Source of the DNA: an uncultured Acidobacteriaceae bacterium
GTDB taxonomy: Bacteria; Acidobacteriota; Terriglobia; Terriglobales; Acidobacteriaceae
Length of the DNA: 64,000 nucleotides
Direction of reading: 5' to 3'
Assembly: GCA_963698865.1 (NCBI GenBank)
Contig: CAVOSL010000002.1
Span: forward strand, 166,514 to 230,513
Position 1 is the first letter of the stretch. Each line of letters begins with the position of its first letter. This document shows positions 47,427 through 56,536 of the stretch, piece by piece. A program made the translations under genes and the position numbers. Below the pieces are notes generated by a model, which ran no database searches, was not told the origin of the DNA, and was given only the letters and a program-made list of their open reading frames with translations.

Positions 47427-49661
47427 ATGAGCATCGGCAAGAACGACGTTCTCTTCGTTTTTCCGCCTGCCCCCAGAAATGCCGCCGCCTTCAAAAATCA
47501 TCTCGGGGTGGCATACCTCCGCGCGGCACTCGCCCGCGAAGGAATGGCCACAGTCCAATATCTGAACAGTAACCTTGGCCCGATCGACGCAGTCGCGCGC
47601 GACATCATTCAACAGAAGTGTCCCATCGTCGGTTTCACGGTGTATGACACAAATGCGCCTTTGTGTATTTCCATCGCCCAAAGCATTAAGCGCCAAAAAC
47701 CTGAAATCCGAATCGTGTTCGGCGGGCCCGCCGCCACTTTCACGGCGCGTCCCCTGATGGAAAGGCACGCGGTGATCGATGCCTGCGTCATGGGGGAGGC
47801 CGAAGAGACAGCCGCGCGAATCTTCGTGAAGTTGCTGGGCGGTGGTGAAGTCGACGATGCGGAGCCGGGAGTCGCTTTCCGCAGAGGCGGCGAGGTGGTT
47901 TGTACGCCATTGCCTCCTTTGGTTGGTGCAACTCAACCAGGCGTACAGGGATTGCTGGACAGCACCCCGTCACCTTATCTCTCGGGAATTCTCGCCGACG
48001 GTCAGGAAGGTGTGCTGACGGGCCGGGGCTGCACGCATCATTGCCAATACTGTTGCTTTGCCGCGCTGGGCAGGATGCGCCTACGCCTGCATTCCATTGA
48101 AAGGGTCGTTGCGGAACTGGAAAGCATCGCAGAACACCAGAAGCGAACCGGGAGACATTATCCGGTTTCTATCCAGGATGATGCGTTCACCCTACTGCCA
48201 TCGCGTGCCAAAGCCTTATGCCAGGCGATCGCGGATCGTAAGTTCAGTCTCCTCCTTTCTTGTGTCACGCGCGCCGACACGGTTGATGAGGAATTGATAA
48301 AACTGATGCGCGAGGCGGGCTTCGGGAGCATCGCCTTCGGCCTGGAGAGCGCAGTGCCTTCCGTTCTGCGAGCCATCGGTAAAGTACGGCCTCCCGATTG
48401 GCGTGACCCCGATTTGGCGCCAGAGCGGCAGTTTCTGGAACGGGTGAGGAACAGCATCCGTGTAGCCAGCAAATGCGGATTAAATGTAGGTGTGAGTATC
48501 ATCCTGGGTTTGCCGACCGAGACGCCGATCGACGGCGCCGAGACTCTTCGCTTCGTGAAGCAACTGCCGGTTGATTACTACGCGCACAATTTCTTGAAAA
48601 TATTTGCCGGCACGCCCCTGTGGACGACACATGACGATTATCGAATCGCTTGCACTGTAGACAAGATTGGCCTGCCCGAAACCACTGAGTATTCCTACGA
48701 CGTCAAGTCGCTGAAACCTGGTCCGAAATGCGAACTGGAGAACGATGCCCATCTGGTTCGGCTTTTGGCCAGAGATGCGCTTTACGGCTGTGGGGCATCG
48801 TCAACAGCAGGGAAAGGAATAAGCGCTGTGATCCTTAAGACGGGAGAGTTGTCGCCCCAGACAGCGGAATGGCTGCGGAGCATTCTCACAGTCGGCGGTA
48901 TCGTGGTGCAGATCTACCCGGCCATGAAGAGGAGCGGCGAGAAGCTGAGGCTGGATCGAGACCGCCATATTCTCCGCGAGCACGCGGTTCCTGTCCAGCA
49001 CTACATCCAGGTTCTACCGAAGAGCAGGAAGAGCAAGCATAACTCCCACGGCGGAGACGAGACCTTGGAGGTTGTATGTGCCGGCGTGGACATCATCCGT
49101 ATGCATAAGCCGGCGCTACTTCAGATCACCGCCTCACAAGACGCTAGTCCTCTGGCCGCTTGGATCAAGGGCCAGGACACCCAGGCGACAGTTTGTGAAG
49201 TATCGAAATATTTGGACCATTCGAGCGGACTCATTCCAATAATGGATCGGATTGAGGCTGAGGATTCACCTTCTCCTTTGCAGCGAATGCCTGTCCCGCC
49301 GCAGGTAAAGTATGCAGGCCGCTGGCTTAGAGGAAAAACTCCGTGTCTATCGCTAACCCGAATCGAGGTTTCCAGCTGCGGGGAAATTCGCAGCTGCCGG
49401 CAGGGTAAACCCATTGGAAAGGTTGGAGACTCCCGGAAAATCCTGGCGAGGCGATTGGCCCGGTTAGCAAGAGCTGTGGAGCAACGACGTGGCTGTGCAA
49501 AGTGTCGGAACAACCAGTGTCCGCGATGTCCATTTCCCGGACTTAACGATTTGAGGTATTGCCAAGTAATGACCAAACGAGAGCGATCTCTACGGTTGCT
49601 CAACTGGGTAGAGATATATTCTCGGCTCCCGTTGCTCTTGGCGCGACAGCGAGTTAGTTGA
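47427..49661 (+). CDS. B12-binding-domain radical SAM protein with C-terminal SPASM-like Cys-rich extension
   Basis: N-terminal B12-binding-like region (VLFVFPP, IVGFTVYD, IVFGGPAAT). CxxxCxxC at 48030-48053 (GCTHHCQYC). C-terminal cluster at 49344-49562: C-x11-C-x5-C...GCAKCRNNQCPRC...YC. Confidence 0.75.
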   Translation: MSIGKNDVLFVFPPAPRNAAAFKNHLGVAYLRAALAREGMATVQYLNSNLGPIDAVARDIIQQKCPIVGFTVYDTNAPLCISIAQSIKRQKPEIRIVFGGPAATFTARPLMERHAVIDACVMGEAEETAARIFVKLLGGGEVDDAEPGVAFRRGGEVVCTPLPPLVGATQPGVQGLLDSTPSPYLSGILADGQEGVLTGRGCTHHCQYCCFAALGRMRLRLHSIERVVAELESIAEHQKRTGRHYPVSIQDDAFTLLPSRAKALCQAIADRKFSLLLSCVTRADTVDEELIKLMREAGFGSIAFGLESAVPSVLRAIGKVRPPDWRDPDLAPERQFLERVRNSIRVASKCGLNVGVSIILGLPTETPIDGAETLRFVKQLPVDYYAHNFLKIFAGTPLWTTHDDYRIACTVDKIGLPETTEYSYDVKSLKPGPKCELENDAHLVRLLARDALYGCGASSTAGKGISAVILKTGELSPQTAEWLRSILTVGGIVVQIYPAMKRSGEKLRLDRDRHILREHAVPVQHYIQVLPKSRKSKHNSHGGDETLEVVCAGVDIIRMHKPALLQITASQDASPLAAWIKGQDTQATVCEVSKYLDHSSGLIPIMDRIEAEDSPSPLQRMPVPPQVKYAGRWLRGKTPCLSLTRIEVSSCGEIRSCRQGKPIGKVGDSRKILARRLARLARAVEQRRGCAKCRNNQCPRCPFPGLNDLRYCQVMTKRERSLRLLNWVEIYSRLPLLLARQRVS

Positions 49662-49709
49662 TGTGAAGAGGGTGAAGGCCGATAGAAAGCAAGACAGAGG
49701 AGGTTCCAT

Positions 49710-49904
49710 ATGAAATCGAAAGATAGTGTTCAGTATCTGGTGCGCAAACAAGCGGGCAAGGATGCAGTAATCATCCTAAACAAGGTCGATAAAATGCTTA
49801 AGCAGGATGTGGCTCGCGCGAAGATCGAAAGCGCGTTAGCGGTGGAGCTCACCGTTCACCTGAGGAGACAGTTGGTTAATCTTGTCCCCCCTATCCAACC
49901 TTAG
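49710..49904 (+). CDS. 64-aa hypothetical protein (candidate precursor peptide or accessory factor)
   Basis: GGAGG at 49699-49703 lies 6 nt before the ATG, which is 48 nt downstream of the rSAM stop on the same strand. MKSKDSVQYLVRKQAGKDAVIILNKVDKMLKQDVARAKIESALAVELTVHLRRQLVNLVPPIQP. Confidence 0.5.
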   Translation: MKSKDSVQYLVRKQAGKDAVIILNKVDKMLKQDVARAKIESALAVELTVHLRRQLVNLVPPIQP

Positions 49905-50038
49905 GCACAAATGTATCCGGGTAAAGGCAATTTACGTGCGCCCCAATTCCAAGGGCTTGGTGTCTGGGACTAGGGGTGGAGCACGCATGGCGCAAGACTC
50001 TTCTCGCTGGGAATCGCGGATCTCCTCACTCACCGGCT

Positions 50039-52432
50039 TCAGTTGGGAAGATGGAGTGTCCTAAGGATCTGGACATAGCGGGGGTCCTCGCGGAGAGGCC
50101 TCAGCAGCATGTCGGTTTTGATTAAGCAGAGACCAACATCGTGCTGCCGGTAGGCGCGGTTCAGCCAATCAAAGGCTTGATCTGTGTCCCTTCGATATGC
50201 GTAAACTTGCGCAATCTGATAAGCGCAAGTATTTTGATTTTGTGAGATCAAACTTGCCAGCGCAGCGTCGGATTCCTGGTGTCGCCCCAGATCCTGGAAG
50301 GCAAGTCCCATTCCAAGGTTGTGCTGGCAACCTGCCGGTTCCCTTTCCATCTCAGTCAGGGCTTCCCGGGGACGCCGTTGCGCCAGGTAAACCTCGCCGC
50401 GAGTTTCATGGGCCCAGACTTCGTTGGGATTGAGATCAAGGGCTTTCGTGAGATTGACAAGTGCTTCATCGTAGCGTCCCAGGTCTCGCAAGTACTGTGC
50501 GAGTTGCCGGTGTCGTCCGGCCACAAGCGGATCGAGAGCTACCGCCCGATTCATAAGCCCAACAGCCTCCTCCTGGCGGCCCAGACAGTTAGCGATAAAC
50601 GCGCTCGAGTCGAGATTGCTAGCGTCTCCAGGCGCTAGCTCCAGTGCTCTTTTCAGGGTTGACTCTGCAGCTGGGCAATTCAACTCCGTGAATAGCTGGA
50701 TCATGCTGAGAACGCGGTATCCTTCGGCCAGATTTGGATCCAACTCGATAGCCCTCTCGATGTCGCTTCGCGCGTTCCCTATCGCCTCAGAGTATTCGGT
50801 CCATCCGATTACACCGGAGGTTGCTGTGAGATAAGCGCGTAAGGCGTAGGCCGCGGCGTAATGCGGATCTGCTACGATCGCTTGATCTACGTACTCCAGA
50901 GCTTTTTGCCGGGATGCCTTGTCCACCCTGTTGGCAAAGTACCGCGATTGCAGGAAATCCTGAAAGGCTACGGGGCTCCTCGTTTGAGATGTACGACGTA
51001 TGTCCGGAGACACTCCAGGAAGCAGCTTAAGTCGCAGCGCCGAAGTGACGTCTTTCGCAATATCATCCTGCACTGTAAGGACGTCATTTAAATCACGATC
51101 GTAGGACTCTGACCAGATATGAAAGCCGTCACCCGCTTTAATAAGCTGCGCCGTGATCCGAACACGCGTCCCGTCTCTTCGCACGCTCCCTTCAAGCACG
51201 TTGTCCACGTTGAGTTTCCGTCCGATCACGCGCAGGTCTTCGTTCTTCCCTTTGAACTGAAATGCTGAGGTACGAGCCACCACCTTCAGGTTCGGGATTC
51301 TGGCGAGATCGTTCAGGATTTCTTCTGCTAATCCGTCCGAGAAGTACTCTTGGTCATGGCTAGGACTCAGGTCGGCAAACGGCAGCACTGCAATAGAAGC
51401 TGTAATCACTGGTCCGGTATTCCCTTGGACATACTGCTGCCACAAGCCCAAAGCGACAATCGCCAGAGCGAGGATCGCGGCGCCGACCATCGAAAACATG
51501 CCCCTATGAAAACTTACCTCCCGCTCAGATTGCCCATTGATAGCGTTGAATTTCGATGAACCGGTTTCCGTACAATGCTCCAGGCGTCGCAAATCGATGG
51601 CCAGTTCCTTCGCCGACTGGTAACGGTTCTCCGGTTCCTTCTCCATGCATTTCCCGATGATCCTCTCCAATTCCGGAGACAACCTGGAATTGAGCGCCGC
51701 AGGTGGGAGTGGTAGCCTGCTCAGAATCGCACTAATCAGTTGCGCTTGCTCCAACTTGCCGAATGGTCGTTGCCCGGTGGCCATCTCGTAGAGTACGGAT
51801 CCGGCCGCATGCAGGTCCGTGCGAGCGTCAATCTCTGCGCCCAGCAACTGTTCCGGCGTCATGTAGGGCAGAGTCCCGGCCATGGTCCGTGTCTCGCCCA
51901 GACTCTCCGTGGTGGCCGTCGTCGTCACCGGCAGCCGTAGCATGGCCAACCCGAAATCCAGAATCTTCAGCCGTCCATCGCTCGTAACCCGCAAGTTGCC
52001 GGGCTTGAGGTCCCGATGAACGACCCCGCGCTCATGGGCCGCCGCCAAGCCTTCCGCAAGCTGGATTCCCAGTCGGACGATCTCCTTTTCCGGCAGCGGT
52101 CGACCGGCCAGCTTTTCGCTCAATGTAATCCCGGGGATGTACTCCATCACCAGGAAGTCCACTCCTTGTTGCGAGTCGAAATCGTGGATCGTGGCGACGT
52201 TGGGATGATTGAGCTGCGAGAGAACCAGAGCTTCTTTGTGAAAATGCTTGCGCGCGGATTCGTCGCTGAGAGTACCGGGGGGAAGGACTTTGATGGCGAC
52301 ATCACGGGGTAAGTGCTCGTCACGGGCGCGATAGACTTCTCCCATGCCGCCCGCGCCGATCTTTTCGACGATGCGATAGTGGTCCAGCGTTTGGCCAACA
52401 AGTGTATCTTGGCCTACGACCTGGCTCGCCAT
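50039..52432 (-). CDS. Ser/Thr protein kinase with TM, periplasmic TolB-N-like module and TPR repeats
   Basis: GAGGMGEVYRARD, HRDLKPGN, DFGLA, TLPYMTPE. One TM helix. IAVLPFADLS...YFSDGLAEEI module. C-terminal TPR-like repeats. Confidence 0.9.
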   Translation of the reverse strand: MASQVVGQDTLVGQTLDHYRIVEKIGAGGMGEVYRARDEHLPRDVAIKVLPPGTLSDESARKHFHKEALVLSQLNHPNVATIHDFDSQQGVDFLVMEYIPGITLSEKLAGRPLPEKEIVRLGIQLAEGLAAAHERGVVHRDLKPGNLRVTSDGRLKILDFGLAMLRLPVTTTATTESLGETRTMAGTLPYMTPEQLLGAEIDARTDLHAAGSVLYEMATGQRPFGKLEQAQLISAILSRLPLPPAALNSRLSPELERIIGKCMEKEPENRYQSAKELAIDLRRLEHCTETGSSKFNAINGQSEREVSFHRGMFSMVGAAILALAIVALGLWQQYVQGNTGPVITASIAVLPFADLSPSHDQEYFSDGLAEEILNDLARIPNLKVVARTSAFQFKGKNEDLRVIGRKLNVDNVLEGSVRRDGTRVRITAQLIKAGDGFHIWSESYDRDLNDVLTVQDDIAKDVTSALRLKLLPGVSPDIRRTSQTRSPVAFQDFLQSRYFANRVDKASRQKALEYVDQAIVADPHYAAAYALRAYLTATSGVIGWTEYSEAIGNARSDIERAIELDPNLAEGYRVLSMIQLFTELNCPAAESTLKRALELAPGDASNLDSSAFIANCLGRQEEAVGLMNRAVALDPLVAGRHRQLAQYLRDLGRYDEALVNLTKALDLNPNEVWAHETRGEVYLAQRRPREALTEMEREPAGCQHNLGMGLAFQDLGRHQESDAALASLISQNQNTCAYQIAQVYAYRRDTDQAFDWLNRAYRQHDVGLCLIKTDMLLRPLREDPRYVQILRTLHLPN

Positions 52433-52504
52433 GGGGAAAGCACTCCTTCCCCCGCCTTCTCAAGCAAATCCTAGGCTCGGCGGTGGTGCAAGTCAATGTA
52501 CTCG

Positions 52505-52751
52505 TCTGGCGGCGTCGCCGGGGACAATGACTACGCTCTTCCAGCGTCGTCAAATCCAGCGGCTCATTGCGCTTGAGCCAGCGATAGAAGGTCTGCCGGC
52601 TGATGCCAAAGTGACGGCAAGTATGAGCCACGTTTCCGCAGCGTCGATAAAAATCCATCCCGGCCAATCGCACCCGCGCTTCCCGGCTCAACTCCACTCC
52701 GGTCCCAGGCAGTCGCCCCGAACCAGGCGGTTTTCCCCCGCGAATTTGCAT
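52505..52751 (-). mobile_element. IS481-like transposase N-terminal HTH remnant (truncated)
   Basis: LSREARVRLAGMDFYRRCGNVAHTCRHFGISRQTFYRWLKRNEPLDLTTLEERSHCPRRRRQ resembles IS481-family HTH leaders. No DDE domain follows, and the ORF runs into the kinase upstream region. Confidence 0.55.
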
Positions 52752-52882
52752 TTCGACACTCTATTCGAGTGTCACTAATCATTCTGAACGAGAGCAGAAG
52801 GCCTGACTCCGCGAACCAACCGTTCCGTCGAACACCTTTACAGGTTAGAATCTCTGTTCCTCCCCAGAGACATACCTGAGTT

Positions 52883-54337
52883 ATGTTCGAACAAGCCTTC
52901 AAAAACATTGACGACGTTCTTCGCAAGGAAGCCGGCTGCACCACCGAACTCGATTACACCGAGCAGACTTCCTGGCTGCTCTTCCTGAAATATCTCGAAA
53001 ACCTCGAACAGGAGCGCGCCACCGAGGCGGCGCTGCAAGGCCGGAAGTATTCGCCGCTGCTCGAAAAGGCCTACCAATGGGAAAGCTGGGCCGCGCCCAA
53101 GGGCAAGGACGGCAAACTCGACCACAACAAAGCCATGACCGGAGACGATCTCCGCGACTTCGTCAATACGAAGCTCTTTCCCTACCTTCAGGGCTTCAAG
53201 AAAAAGGCCAGCGGCCCGAACACCATCGAATACAAAATCGGGGAGATCTTCGGCGAGATCAAGAACAAGATTCAGAGCGGCTACAACCTGCGCGAAATTC
53301 TCGACCATATCGACGAACTTCAATTCCGCTCGCAGACCGAGAAGCACGAACTGTCGCATCTCTACGAGGCGAAAATCCGCAACATGGGCAACGCCGGGCG
53401 CAATGGCGGCGAGTATTACACTCCGCGGCCGCTCATCCGCGCTATCGTGCAGGTCGTCAAGCCGCGCATCGGCGAACGCATCTATGACCCGGCGGTGGGA
53501 TCGGCGGGTTTCCTGTGCGAGTCGTTTGAGTACCTGACCAAAAATAAGAACCTGACCACGAAAGACGTACGTACGCTTCAGGAAAAGACCTTCATCGGCA
53601 AGGAGAAGAAGTCGCTCGCCTACGTGATTGCCATCATGAACATGATCCTGCATGGCATCGAGGCGCCGAACATCCTTCACGTCAACACGCTCACGGAAAA
53701 CACAGCCGATATACAGGAGAAAGAACGCGTCGAAGTGATCATGGCGAATCCGCCTTTCGGCGGCAAAGAGCGCAAGGAGGTACAACAGAACTTTTCCATC
53801 CGCACCGGCGAGACGGCGTTTCTGTTTCTCCAGCACTTCATCAAGATGCTGAAGGCGGGCGGGCGCGCCGGCATCGTGATCAAGAATACGTTTCTTTCGA
53901 ATACCGACAACGCTTCGGTGAGCCTGCGCAAGGTGCTGCTCGAAAGCTGCGCGCTGCACACGGTGCTCGACTGCCCCGGCGGGACGTTCCAGGGCGCGGG
54001 CGTGAAGACGGTGGTGCTCTTCTTCGAGAAAGGCGCGCCCACGCGGAAGATCTGGTATTACCAGCTCGATCCGGGACGCAATCTGGGCAAGACCAATCCG
54101 CTTAACGACGACGATCTGGCGGAGTTCGTGAAGCTGCAAAGGACTTTTGCCGACTCGGCGAAGTCGTGGACGGTGGATGCCAAGGGCATCGACAAGGCTA
54201 CGTTCGATCTTTCGGTGAAGAATCCGAATGGCGGCGAGGAGATTGCGCACCGCACGCCGCAGGAAATCATGGATGAGATTGCCGCGCTGGATGCCGAGAG
54301 CGCGGAGGTGCTGGCGGGGATTCGGGCGCTGCTATGA
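52883..54337 (+). CDS. hsdM: type I restriction-modification methyltransferase subunit M
   Basis: HsdM N-terminal domain (FKNIDDVLRKEAGCTTELDYTEQTSWLLFLKYL), GEYYTPRPL, DPAVGSAGFL, ANPPFGG. Confidence 0.93.
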   Translation: MFEQAFKNIDDVLRKEAGCTTELDYTEQTSWLLFLKYLENLEQERATEAALQGRKYSPLLEKAYQWESWAAPKGKDGKLDHNKAMTGDDLRDFVNTKLFPYLQGFKKKASGPNTIEYKIGEIFGEIKNKIQSGYNLREILDHIDELQFRSQTEKHELSHLYEAKIRNMGNAGRNGGEYYTPRPLIRAIVQVVKPRIGERIYDPAVGSAGFLCESFEYLTKNKNLTTKDVRTLQEKTFIGKEKKSLAYVIAIMNMILHGIEAPNILHVNTLTENTADIQEKERVEVIMANPPFGGKERKEVQQNFSIRTGETAFLFLQHFIKMLKAGGRAGIVIKNTFLSNTDNASVSLRKVLLESCALHTVLDCPGGTFQGAGVKTVVLFFEKGAPTRKIWYYQLDPGRNLGKTNPLNDDDLAEFVKLQRTFADSAKSWTVDAKGIDKATFDLSVKNPNGGEEIAHRTPQEIMDEIAALDAESAEVLAGIRALL

Positions 54338-55464
54338 GGGACGGCTGGAAGAAGCAATCATTCGAGAGCTGCATCGAACGGGTGACCTATACCCAGAAGA
54401 TTCAGCGCAAGGACTTCTTGGGTGATGGCGCGTACCCGATCGTGTCGCAAGAAGAGAGCTTCATAAATGGCTATTGGGATAACGAGGACGATCTCTTCAA
54501 GGTCACCACGCCAGTCGTTATATTCGGCGACCACACAAAGGTTCTAAAATATGTCGATTTCGATTTCGTGCTTGGCGCTGACGGGGTGAAGATCTTACAG
54601 CCGCGTGAGTTTCTGGTTCCGAAATTCTTTCTTTACCGACTGCAGGCGGCGAGCCTTGATTCTCTTGGCTACGCCCGGCACTACAAACTGCTGAGAGAGC
54701 TTGAGATTGCCTACCCGTCTCTTCCCGAACAGCGGCGGATCGTCGGCATCCTCGACGAGGCGTTTGCGGGCATCGCCACCGCCAAAGCCAATGCCGAAAA
54801 GAATCTGCAAAACGCCCGCGCCCTCTTTGAAAGCTACCTCCAATCGCTCTTCACCCAGCGCGGACTGGGCTGGATTGAGAAGCGGCTTGACGAACTTTGT
54901 ACCTTCACGAGCGGGGGCACGCCGCCGAAGAACAACGTCAGTTATTGGCGGGGCAAGATTCCTTGGGTTTCTGGACGGGACATGAAATCGACCCGGCTGT
55001 GCGATTCGCAACTGCACATTTCTCAATCTGCGGTTGATGGTTCCTCAACTCGCATGGCGCCGGCAGGGGCACTGCTGATCCTTGTGCGCGGAATGGGCCT
55101 GGCCCATGGCGCCCAAATCGCCGAACTGATGGCTCCCTGTGCGTTCAATCAGGACATCAGAGCCATGCACCCCAAACCCGAGCTAATACCTCGCTATCTT
55201 CTCTTTGCCTTGCGAGACAGAATCAATGCGAGCGAGACCGTTCTAAGCAATGCGGCTCATGGAACGCTGAAGATAGACTCAGCCCAATTGGAGAGCGTGA
55301 CGATTCCTATCCCTTCGCGCCAGGTGCAGCAGAGAATTGTGGCTACGATCGACGGGCTTTCGGATGAAACATGGCGCCTTGAATCTATCTACCAGCGCAA
55401 GCTCGCCGCGCTGGAGGCGCTGAAGAAGTCGCTGCTGCACCGGGCGTTTACGGGCCAGCTTTGA
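54334..55464 (+). CDS. hsdS: type I restriction-modification specificity subunit S
   Basis: ATGA overlap with hsdM. Two target-recognition halves separated by conserved helices (LPEQRRIVGILDEAF..., SRQVQQRIVATIDGL...). Confidence 0.88.
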   Translation: MRDGWKKQSFESCIERVTYTQKIQRKDFLGDGAYPIVSQEESFINGYWDNEDDLFKVTTPVVIFGDHTKVLKYVDFDFVLGADGVKILQPREFLVPKFFLYRLQAASLDSLGYARHYKLLRELEIAYPSLPEQRRIVGILDEAFAGIATAKANAEKNLQNARALFESYLQSLFTQRGLGWIEKRLDELCTFTSGGTPPKNNVSYWRGKIPWVSGRDMKSTRLCDSQLHISQSAVDGSSTRMAPAGALLILVRGMGLAHGAQIAELMAPCAFNQDIRAMHPKPELIPRYLLFALRDRINASETVLSNAAHGTLKIDSAQLESVTIPIPSRQVQQRIVATIDGLSDETWRLESIYQRKLAALEALKKSLLHRAFTGQL

Positions 55465-55475
55465 GGTCGTTCTCT

Positions 55476-55549
55476 CAGTTGGTGACAAATTGTCACCAAC
55501 TGGAATTGCCTCGCATAGCGGTCAACTGGTGACAATCTGTCACCGGTTG
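55476..55549. promoter_or_regulatory. two copies of palindrome GGTGACA-N3-TGTCACC (a third lies inside the next gene at 55854-55880)
   Basis: cagttggtgacaaattgtcaccaactg (55476-55502, perfect 13-bp arms) and caactggtgacaatctgtcaccggttg (55523-55549). Confidence 0.5.
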
Positions 55550-55673
55550 AAAATGGCGGCAGGCGGCGTGAGAAAAGAGCAAGATCAACAACAAGAGCAG
55601 GGCAACAGCAAGGGCAATAGCAACACCAACGACAACGGCGGCGGACAGGAGTGTCCGCCCTACAAGGAGCGCC

Positions 55674-56536
55674 ATGGAGCACCTGCCCGTGCAGTTCGAA
55701 AATCAGGCCATCCGCCGAGTTTTTGACGAGCCGACCGAAACCTGGTGGTTTTCCGTGGTGGACATCGTGCAAGTACTCACCCAGCAGCCCGATCCCCAGA
55801 CCGCGCGCAAATACTGGAACAAGCTGAAAGAACGGCTGGGAAACGAAGGTAGTCAAGTGGTGACAAATTGTCACCAGTTGAAAATGACGGCCGGTGACGG
55901 CAAGCAACGCCTTACCGATGTGGCTACTGCGGGGACGCTGTTGCGTCTGGTGCAGTCCATCCCCAGCCCCAAGGCCGAATCGATCAAGGTGTGGCTAGCC
56001 AGGGTTGGGTATGAGCGGATGCAGGAGATGGCCGACCCGGCATTGTCGCTCGACCGCGCGCGCGAGACCTGGCAAAAGCACGGACGCAGCGAGAAGTGGA
56101 TTCAGCAGCGCATGACTGGGCAGGAAACCCGCAATAAACTGACCGACTATTGGTCGGAGCATGAGATTAAACAGGGAGAAGAGTACGCCATTCTCACCAA
56201 CTTATTCATGAGGAGTGGGCCGGGGTGAGCGTCAAGGCGCACAAGGACCTAAAGGGTCTCAAGAGCCAGAACCTGCGCGATCATATGAGCGAGGCGGAAT
56301 TGATTTTTACCGCGCTGGCCGAGCTTTCTACCCGTCAACTGGCTGAAAGTGTGGAGGCCACCGGGATGACGGAGAACAAGTCGGCAGCGAGGCAGGGCGG
56401 CCGGATCGCGAAGAAGGCGCGCCTCGATCTGGAGAGCAAGACCGGGCAGCGAGTCGTCAGTGGAGCAAATTTTCTGCCGCCGCGAGGACCGGTCCAAAAG
56501 CAGATCGGCGGCGCGAAAAACCGCAAGAAAAAATGA
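55674..56536 (+). CDS. Bro-N / DinD-like (DNA-damage-inducible protein D-like) protein, frameshifted in this assembly near 56200-56205
   Basis: Bro-N-like N-terminus (FENQAIRRVFDEPTETWWFSVVDIVQVL, SIPSPKAESIKVWLA). After ...YAILTN the sequence IHEEWAGVSVKAHKDLKGLKSQNLRDHMSEAELIF continues in the frame of ORF 56225..56536. Confidence 0.7.

Noticed and set aside
55490-55726. 78-aa ORF MSPTGIASHSGQLVTICHRLKMAAGG...QQQEQGNSKGNSNTNDNGGG between hsdS and the Bro-N gene.
   Set aside because: It is made of the partial duplication of the Bro-N interior plus a CAA/CAG low-complexity tract, has no SD, and overlaps the Bro-N start. More likely non-coding.
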